A stretch of DNA of 52,877 nt from an uncultured Alphaproteobacteria bacterium (GTDB taxonomy: Bacteria; Pseudomonadota; Alphaproteobacteria; UBA7887): NCBI GenBank assembly GCA_902562525.1, contig CACETT010000003.1:1-52877 (forward strand). Direction: 5' to 3'. Below the pieces are notes generated by a model. That model had not been told where the DNA came from. It saw nothing but the letters and a program-made list of their open reading frames with translations, and did no database searches. Both the position numbers and the translations under genes were made by a program. Below are positions 47,088 through 52,877 of this stretch, piece after piece; the stretch's first letter is position 1, and each line of letters begins with the position of its first letter.

Positions 47088-48485
47088 TTAAAGGCTTTTT
47101 ACTATACCTTCAACCATTTGTTTGGCATCACCGAACAACATCATGGTCTTGTCCGAGTAAAACACCTCGTTATCTATTCCCGCATATCCTGGAGAAAGTG
47201 ATCTTTTAACAAATAGTACTGTGCTAGCTTTCTCCACATCTAATATAGGCATTCCGGCAATTGGACTGGCGGGGTCTTTCTTAGCTGCAGGGTTAGTTAC
47301 GTCATTAGCACCAATAACAAAAGCCACATCACATGAAGCAAAATCGTTATTGATCTCTTCTAGCTCAAAAACCTCATCATACGGCACGTTGGCTTCAGCT
47401 AATAATACGTTCATATGTCCAGGCATGCGACCCGCCACAGGATGAATTGCGTACTTCACATTGACGCCTTGATCTTTTAACAAATCTGCCATCTCTCGAA
47501 GAGAGTGTTGAGCTTGGGCCACTGCCATACCATAGCCCGGCACGATGATAACGTTTTGGGCATTTTTCATGATGAAAGCAGCATCATCGGAGCTGCCGCT
47601 TTTTGCATTCTTATCGCTGTTATCTGATGACGTGCTACTCGTTTCCGCTCCAAATCCTCCCAGTATTACGCTAAAAAAGGAACGATTCATTGCGCGGCAC
47701 ATGATGTAACTTAGGATAGCACCCGAAGATCCCACTAAAGCTCCGACTATAATTAACGCGGGGTTTTGTAGCGTAAATCCAATGCCTGCAGCAGCCCATC
47801 CAGAATAAGAATTCAACATGGACACAACGACAGGCATATCTGCTCCACCAATGGGAATGATGATGAGAATACCCAATAAAAGGGCTAAGGCTATCATAGC
47901 CCAGAAAATGGAGTAGCTGCCGCCGCCAGTTAAACAAAACAAAACAATCAAGCCGATAATCACAAGGCCTGCAAGGAGGTTCAGCAGGTGTTGCCCCGGA
48001 AATACAATTGGAGATCCGCTCATGAGGGCTTGTAGTTTCGCAAATGCAATGATCGAGCCTGTGAATGTAATGGCGCCTATGACCGCCCCTAGTGACATTT
48101 CAATGAGGCTTGCTGATTTTATGTCTCCGCTTGAGCCAATTCCATACGCTTCAGGGGCATACAGAGCGGCCGCAGCAACTAAGACCGCTGCAAGGCCAAC
48201 CAGACTGTGAAAGGCTGCCACTAGCTGTGGCATGGCTGTCATTTGTATGCGGAGAGCAGTGATCGTTCCTATTGCAGCACCCGCGGCTACAGCTACAAAG
48301 ATGCTGAGGTAAGCGGAGACGTTAGGTGCCAGAAGGGTGGTAACAACAGCAATAGTCATTCCTGCTATCCCAAACATATTTCCCGAGCGGGCGGATGCAG
48401 GTGACGATAAACCCTTTAAAGCAAGGATAAAGCAAACAGCAGAGATAAGATAAAGAATTGCGGAAAGATTGCTTGTCATGGCCAT
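47088..48485 (-). CDS. pntB: NAD(P) transhydrogenase subunit beta
   Basis: MPQLVAAFHSLVG, IGGADMPVV-SMLNSYSG, VPGYGMAVAQAQH, IHPVAGRMPGHMNVLLAEA, IGANDVTNP. Confidence 0.97.
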   Translation of the reverse strand: MAMTSNLSAILYLISAVCFILALKGLSSPASARSGNMFGIAGMTIAVVTTLLAPNVSAYLSIFVAVAAGAAIGTITALRIQMTAMPQLVAAFHSLVGLAAVLVAAAALYAPEAYGIGSSGDIKSASLIEMSLGAVIGAITFTGSIIAFAKLQALMSGSPIVFPGQHLLNLLAGLVIIGLIVLFCLTGGGSYSIFWAMIALALLLGILIIIPIGGADMPVVVSMLNSYSGWAAAGIGFTLQNPALIIVGALVGSSGAILSYIMCRAMNRSFFSVILGGFGAETSSTSSDNSDKNAKSGSSDDAAFIMKNAQNVIIVPGYGMAVAQAQHSLREMADLLKDQGVNVKYAIHPVAGRMPGHMNVLLAEANVPYDEVFELEEINNDFASCDVAFVIGANDVTNPAAKKDPASPIAGMPILDVEKASTVLFVKRSLSPGYAGIDNEVFYSDKTMMLFGDAKQMVEGIVKSL

Positions 48486-48493
48486 TCCTTTCC

Positions 48494-48811
48494 CTATTTC
48501 TTTTTCTTGAACATTTGAAGCATTCGCTGCGTGACAATGAAGCCGCCAAAAATATTAATGGACGCTAATAACACTGCGAAAAATCCTAATGTTTTGGATA
48601 TACTGAGTGAACCACCGTCAGGGCTTGTTGCAATCCCGGGTATTTGGGTTCCAACAGCAATTAGGGCTCCAACCACAATGATGCCCGAAATTGCGTTTGT
48701 TACTGACATTAGAGGGGTGTGAAGGGCAGGGGTAACACTCCACACCACATAATAGCCAACGAATACGGCCAACACAAAAATTGTTACATCGGTAATAAAA
48801 GGGTCGACCAT
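48494..48811 (-). CDS. pntAB: NAD(P) transhydrogenase subunit alpha part 2 (membrane)
   Basis: [35 protein letters not shown]. Confidence 0.95.
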   Translation of the reverse strand: MVDPFITDVTIFVLAVFVGYYVVWSVTPALHTPLMSVTNAISGIIVVGALIAVGTQIPGIATSPDGGSLSISKTLGFFAVLLASINIFGGFIVTQRMLQMFKKKK

Positions 48812-48813
48812 AG

Positions 48814-49965
48814 CTAAACCTCATCCTTTAACATTGGGTGAACCACTTCACCTCCACGAGTTGTTAGGGTCCCCGAAATTATTTCATCTTCCCAGTCAAT
48901 AGAGAGCTTTCCAGACTCCGTGTCTATCATAGGTGTGAGAAAGTTCACGAGGTTTCTCGCAAGTAAAGCGCTTGAGTCCACTGGAATTCGTGCAGGCATG
49001 TTACTGTGCCCAACTAGCGTCACCCCTTGCTTTACTGTCACTTTATCTATTTCTGATAGCGGGCAGTTACCGCCGGCCTCTACTGCTAGGTCGACAATGA
49101 TGGACCCGCCCTTCATGTCCTCAAGCATATAACCCGGTATCAACTCGGGGGCGGGTTTTCCTGGAATTAGGGCTGTTGTGATGACGATATCCTGTGTTTT
49201 GAGGGTCTCGTGTATTAGTTTGCTTTGTTGCTTTTTGTAGTCATCCGACATTTCCTTAGCATAGCCACCGGTTGTTTCGGCGTCTTGGCCACCCGTATCG
49301 GCTACCTCAATAAACTTTGCGCCGAGGCTCTCTACTTGCTCTTTAACCGCGGGTCGTACGTCAAAGGCGGAAACAACTGCACCCAAACGCTTGGCTGTTG
49401 CGATAGCCTGTAATCCCGCAACGCCTGCGCCAAGGACCAGCACCTTGGCTGGGGCGATAGTGCCAGCCGCCGTCATCATCATTGGAAAAGCTCTGCCAAA
49501 CTCTTCTGCGGCATCTATGACTGCTTTGTAGCCGGCTAGGTTACTCTGGGAGGAAAGAACGTCCATGCTTTGCGCGCGACTAATTCGTGGAAGAAGCTCC
49601 ATGGAAAACGACGTAAGTCCAAACTTAGCATAAGTTAAAATTGATGCTCGGTTTTGAAGAGGAGAAAGTAATCCAATAAGAATTGAGTTCGGATCCATAA
49701 AAGAAAGCTCGTCCGTTCCTTCTTCGTTGGTCATTGGTCCGCGAACTTTCAAAACGACTTCAGCATCAGCATACGTTTCCTTGGCATCCGGGGCAACGAA
49801 TGCGCCTGCCTCGGTAAAGGCTGTATCGGTAATTTTACAGTGATCTCCCGCACCTGCTTCAATAACGACTTGGGCTCCCGTTTGGACTAACTTTTTAACC
49901 ATGTCCGGGGATGTGGCGACGCGAGTTTCTCCGCCGCGCGTCTCCTTAGGAATCGCGATCTTCAT
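48814..49965 (-). CDS. pntAA: NAD(P) transhydrogenase subunit alpha part 1 (NAD(H)-binding)
   Basis: [49 protein letters not shown]. Confidence 0.96.
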   Translation of the reverse strand: MKIAIPKETRGGETRVATSPDMVKKLVQTGAQVVIEAGAGDHCKITDTAFTEAGAFVAPDAKETYADAEVVLKVRGPMTNEEGTDELSFMDPNSILIGLLSPLQNRASILTYAKFGLTSFSMELLPRISRAQSMDVLSSQSNLAGYKAVIDAAEEFGRAFPMMMTAAGTIAPAKVLVLGAGVAGLQAIATAKRLGAVVSAFDVRPAVKEQVESLGAKFIEVADTGGQDAETTGGYAKEMSDDYKKQQSKLIHETLKTQDIVITTALIPGKPAPELIPGYMLEDMKGGSIIVDLAVEAGGNCPLSEIDKVTVKQGVTLVGHSNMPARIPVDSSALLARNLVNFLTPMIDTESGKLSIDWEDEIISGTLTTRGGEVVHPMLKDEV

Positions 49966-50076
49966 TACTAGTTACCTACTGTGATCCAGATATGAACATA
50001 GATGCTAAATAAAATGCACTTTTTTATAGCTTTGCCAAGCACGTTATTATTGAATTTTTCTGAAAGTTGAGAAGAT

Positions 50077-51402
50077 CTAGGTTAATTCACGCTCCAACCG
50101 TGGATAACGGACTCCTAAGGTGATACCTCGAAAGCTCAGAAAAATAAGAAATGCAAGCCATAATCCATGGTTTTCGAATATTGGGACTAGGACAAGTATG
50201 CATAAAAGGTAGGCGAAGAAGGACACGAACATGGCGTTGCGCATTTCTTTGGCTCGTGTGGCTCCAATGAAAATCCCGTCAAGTTGGAAGGCCCAAACCG
50301 AGATGAGAGGTGCTATCACTACCCATACTAAATATTTTGCAGCTTCTTGTTGTACGGCCTTTATGTCTGTTATGGCAGAAATAATATAATTTCCCAAAGC
50401 TCCATATAGGCATACGTAGGCAACCGACACAAATAGGGCGAGCTTAGTAGATTCTATGACTGCTTTTCGCAATCCAGCGCGATTTTTCTCCCCAATGGCA
50501 TGTCCTACCAAAGTTTCGGCCGCATGCGCAAAGCCATCCAATCCATGGCTTAAAAGGGATAAGAAAAGAATAAGAATTCCATTCGCAGCTAGTACAAGCT
50601 CACCCATCTTTGCCCCTTGTGCTGTAAACATGGCAACGGATGTGATGACGCAGATGCTTCGAAGAAATAGGTCCCGATTGATCCCCATAAGATTCGAGAG
50701 ACGTGTTCTATCTACAATGCTACGCCAAACTACTTTGGCTCCGAGGGTCAGTTTTGTATTAGCTATTATCCAAAGCGCTGCAAGTAGGCCAGCGTATTGC
50801 GCTATCACCGTTGCCCACGCAACGCCGTTAACCCCCATTTCCAGTTGGACGGCCAATAGAACGTCAAAAACAATATTGACCCCGTTGATAAGGACCTGCA
50901 GTGCCAGTGCTGTTTTCACTTTTTGGAGGCCAATTAGCCATCCTAAAACACCGATATTAGCCAGGGTAGCGGGGGCACAAAGGATCCGGATACCCATATA
51001 TTCTCTAGCTAGGGTTTCCACTTTTTCTGTGGAATCGACCAAAAATAAAGAGAGAGAAACAATCGGCTGCTCAGAGACAATGAAAATAGTTCCAAAAATT
51101 ATAGATACGGCGAGGGTCTGGCTTAATACAGTAAATACTTCGTCTGGTGTGTCAGCCCCGTAGGCTTGCGCAGTGAGGCCGGTGGCAGAAAAACGGATGA
51201 ATGCTAAGCTCCAAAACAAGAACGAAAAAATCATGGAGCTGAGCGCGACCGAGCCGATGTGCGCTGCACTTAGGTTCCCAATGACGGCCGTATCCACCAT
51301 TCCCAACAATGGAACCGTTAGGTTCGCTAATATGAGTGGAAGCGCAAGATGCCATATTTTGCTATAATGATGTCCTCCGAGGGGAGGTCGCCGACCTGTC
51401 AT
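50077..51402 (-). CDS. MATE family efflux transporter (DinF-like)
   Basis: LALPLILANLTVPLLGMVDTAVIG, GLTAQAYG, DGFAHAAE-LVG, FQLDGIFIGAT. Confidence 0.92.
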   Translation of the reverse strand: MTGRRPPLGGHHYSKIWHLALPLILANLTVPLLGMVDTAVIGNLSAAHIGSVALSSMIFSFLFWSLAFIRFSATGLTAQAYGADTPDEVFTVLSQTLAVSIIFGTIFIVSEQPIVSLSLFLVDSTEKVETLAREYMGIRILCAPATLANIGVLGWLIGLQKVKTALALQVLINGVNIVFDVLLAVQLEMGVNGVAWATVIAQYAGLLAALWIIANTKLTLGAKVVWRSIVDRTRLSNLMGINRDLFLRSICVITSVAMFTAQGAKMGELVLAANGILILFLSLLSHGLDGFAHAAETLVGHAIGEKNRAGLRKAVIESTKLALFVSVAYVCLYGALGNYIISAITDIKAVQQEAAKYLVWVVIAPLISVWAFQLDGIFIGATRAKEMRNAMFVSFFAYLLCILVLVPIFENHGLWLAFLIFLSFRGITLGVRYPRLERELT

Positions 51403-51422
51403 ATTTGCTAATTATGTGCGGA

Positions 51423-52160
51423 TCAAAAGTCAGAAGTATCGTCGGAAATGGAGCTGTGTATTAGCTGATAATGACATGAATCGTAGGAATCAGCACCTTT
51501 GTGCATACTTGTCTCAGCGGACAGGTGCTTCGAAAGAACTTCTTTAGTAATTATAGAATTATGCCCTTCCACCAGTACGATCCATTCCGACATTTTATCG
51601 GGGGTGCCACGGATTTCCAATTCTTTCGTGACGGCGTGAGTGGCTTCCTGGTTGCCTTCACACATGTGAATGCCCACTATGCCTACGCATTCCATGATTT
51701 CTCGAAAGACAGCCTTCCGCACCCAGTTCTCCATCTCGTTCTTAGTTTTATCAGATGGTGAAATCCATGCGACCGAAAGCCCGGCACCAATTCCATACCC
51801 GAAACTCTCCTTTACCTTGAAGGCCGTACGGTTAGTATTTCGAAACTTGGCTAAATTTGCTGTAGACCATTCCGTGGGGTTGTTGAGTTGTTTGTGATAT
51901 GCGGGACTGGCAAGGGTCTCTGCAGTTTCAGTTTCATACAGTGCTGCAAATTGTGGATCTCCCTCGACGGCTTGATAGCGCCGTCCCCGCAAGAAACCAG
52001 CAACATTCAGTCTTTCTGGTAGATGTTGCTTAGTATACCATAGTTGGAAGTCTTGTAATTCAGCATCGTTTTGAATTGCGAGGTCGTGCCAAATCCCCAA
52101 CAAACCTTTGCCTAAAAGAGCCATGGATGGCAGGCTAGTGGGGAAGTTCTTACCGGTCAA
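51423..52160 (-). CDS. Hypothetical protein, DUF4286/EthD-like alpha-beta barrel
   Basis: WY---HLPERL--AGFLRGRRY, ALYE-E----LASPAY, NPTEWS; a second, more divergent half follows. Confidence 0.6.
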   Translation of the reverse strand: MTGKNFPTSLPSMALLGKGLLGIWHDLAIQNDAELQDFQLWYTKQHLPERLNVAGFLRGRRYQAVEGDPQFAALYETETAETLASPAYHKQLNNPTEWSTANLAKFRNTNRTAFKVKESFGYGIGAGLSVAWISPSDKTKNEMENWVRKAVFREIMECVGIVGIHMCEGNQEATHAVTKELEIRGTPDKMSEWIVLVEGHNSIITKEVLSKHLSAETSMHKGADSYDSCHYQLIHSSISDDTSDF

Positions 52161-52206
52161 TATTTAGTCCAACAATATCGTTGTTAGTCGCACAAGGAGT
52201 AGTTTA

Positions 52207-52877
52207 ATGAATTTTCCGTTTTTTATCGTAGATGCATTTACTAACGTACCTTTTGGGGGAAACCCAGCAGCGGTTTGTATAGTGGAACAAGATATTGATG
52301 CAGCTTGGATGCAGAATGTAGCTGCTGAGACACGTCTGTCTGAAACCGCATTCATCCAATCCGGAAGTGGGTCTAGGTTTAACTTAAGGTGGTTTACTCC
52401 AACGGTTGAGGTTAACCTTTGTGGCCATGCCACCTTAGCCAGTGCCCTAGTTTTGTGGACTGAAGACAGGGTGCCGTCTTCTCAGAATATTGAATTTGAG
52501 ACCAAAAGTGGCCTCCTCACTGCTACGCGGGTAGCTGAGGGTACTGCCGTGGACTTTCCTTCCATTTCATCCCATTCTATCGAGGTTCCGCCGGACCTCG
52601 AGGACGTCCTAGGGATTGATTTCGTGTGGGTTGGCACAGCTGGTGAAGATTTATTGATTGAGGTAGACGACCCAGTTTTAGTTAAAAACTTTCAGCCGAA
52701 TTTTTCAAAACTCTCAACTGTAGAAACTCGGCGGGGAATTATTATTACGGCTAAAGGAGATACTGACGGCTCTGCTGATTTTGTTTCCCGTTTTTTTGCG
52801 CCGCGATTTGGAATCGACGAGGACCCGGTAACCGGCTCTGCTCATTGTGCTTTGGGGCCTTATTGGGGCGTCAAACT
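52207..52877 (+). CDS. PhzF family epimerase/isomerase, 3' end outside the window (absent from the ORF track)
   Basis: ATG at 52207 behind AAGGAG. Translation MNFPFFIVDAFTNVPFGGNPAAV...SETAF...LRWFTPTVEVNLCGHATLA...SRFFAPRFGIDEDPVTGSAHCALGPYW; open to the window end. Confidence 0.93.
   Translation, partial: MNFPFFIVDAFTNVPFGGNPAAVCIVEQDIDAAWMQNVAAETRLSETAFIQSGSGSRFNLRWFTPTVEVNLCGHATLASALVLWTEDRVPSSQNIEFETKSGLLTATRVAEGTAVDFPSISSHSIEVPPDLEDVLGIDFVWVGTAGEDLLIEVDDPVLVKNFQPNFSKLSTVETRRGIIITAKGDTDGSADFVSRFFAPRFGIDEDPVTGSAHCALGPYWGVK

Noticed and set aside
48494-49965. Split pntA as a possible broken gene
   Set aside because: The two-gene alpha subunit is the normal Rhodospirillum-type organisation and both parts are intact.
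50456-51163. 235-aa ORF antisense to the MATE gene
   Set aside because: Fully inside a well-supported gene on the other strand and has no recognisable motif; shadow ORF.
1-52877. CRISPR arrays, IS elements, integrases, prophage genes, rRNA, intact tRNA
   Set aside because: No spaced repeats, transposase, integrase or phage motifs, or complete cloverleaf was recognised by eye; a computational scan could still find short or diverged elements.

Overview
Chromosomal window from an alphaproteobacterium, judged from gene content (UPF0262, TrcR/DUF1013, DUF1192, COQ9 near rpsU, three-gene pnt operon, Cys-free L31). It is probably a compact, moderate-GC Rhodospirillales-like lineage (inference). Core blocks: hisD-UPF0262-infA-maf-RNase E/G-yacG; PBP1A-prfB (programmed +1 frameshift); nrdAB; rpmE; metY-like; trcR-hldE-ubiX; purEK; def/COQ9/rpsU; pntAA-AB-B. 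These are interleaved with catabolic accessory genes: three PhyH-family dioxygenases, three acyl-CoA ligases, two amidases, an M20D amidohydrolase, a Hyi-family protein, a VOC protein and a TLP1-type thiolase-like protein. Strongest candidate for an undescribed system (34550-37867): an HD-domain metallohydrolase fused to a C-terminal GAF domain, followed 9 bp later by a full-length paralogue that has lost every predicted metal ligand, with a divergently transcribed MBL-fold hydrolase. A second notable locus is an apparently GC-richer zinc-starvation islet (COG0523 GTPase, DUF1826, DsrE-like) with one perfect and one near-perfect Zur-like palindrome, bordered by a degenerate tRNA-fMet-like remnant. 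No CRISPR array, rRNA, intact tRNA, transposase or integrase was recognised. All family assignments come from motif recognition by eye, not from database searches.
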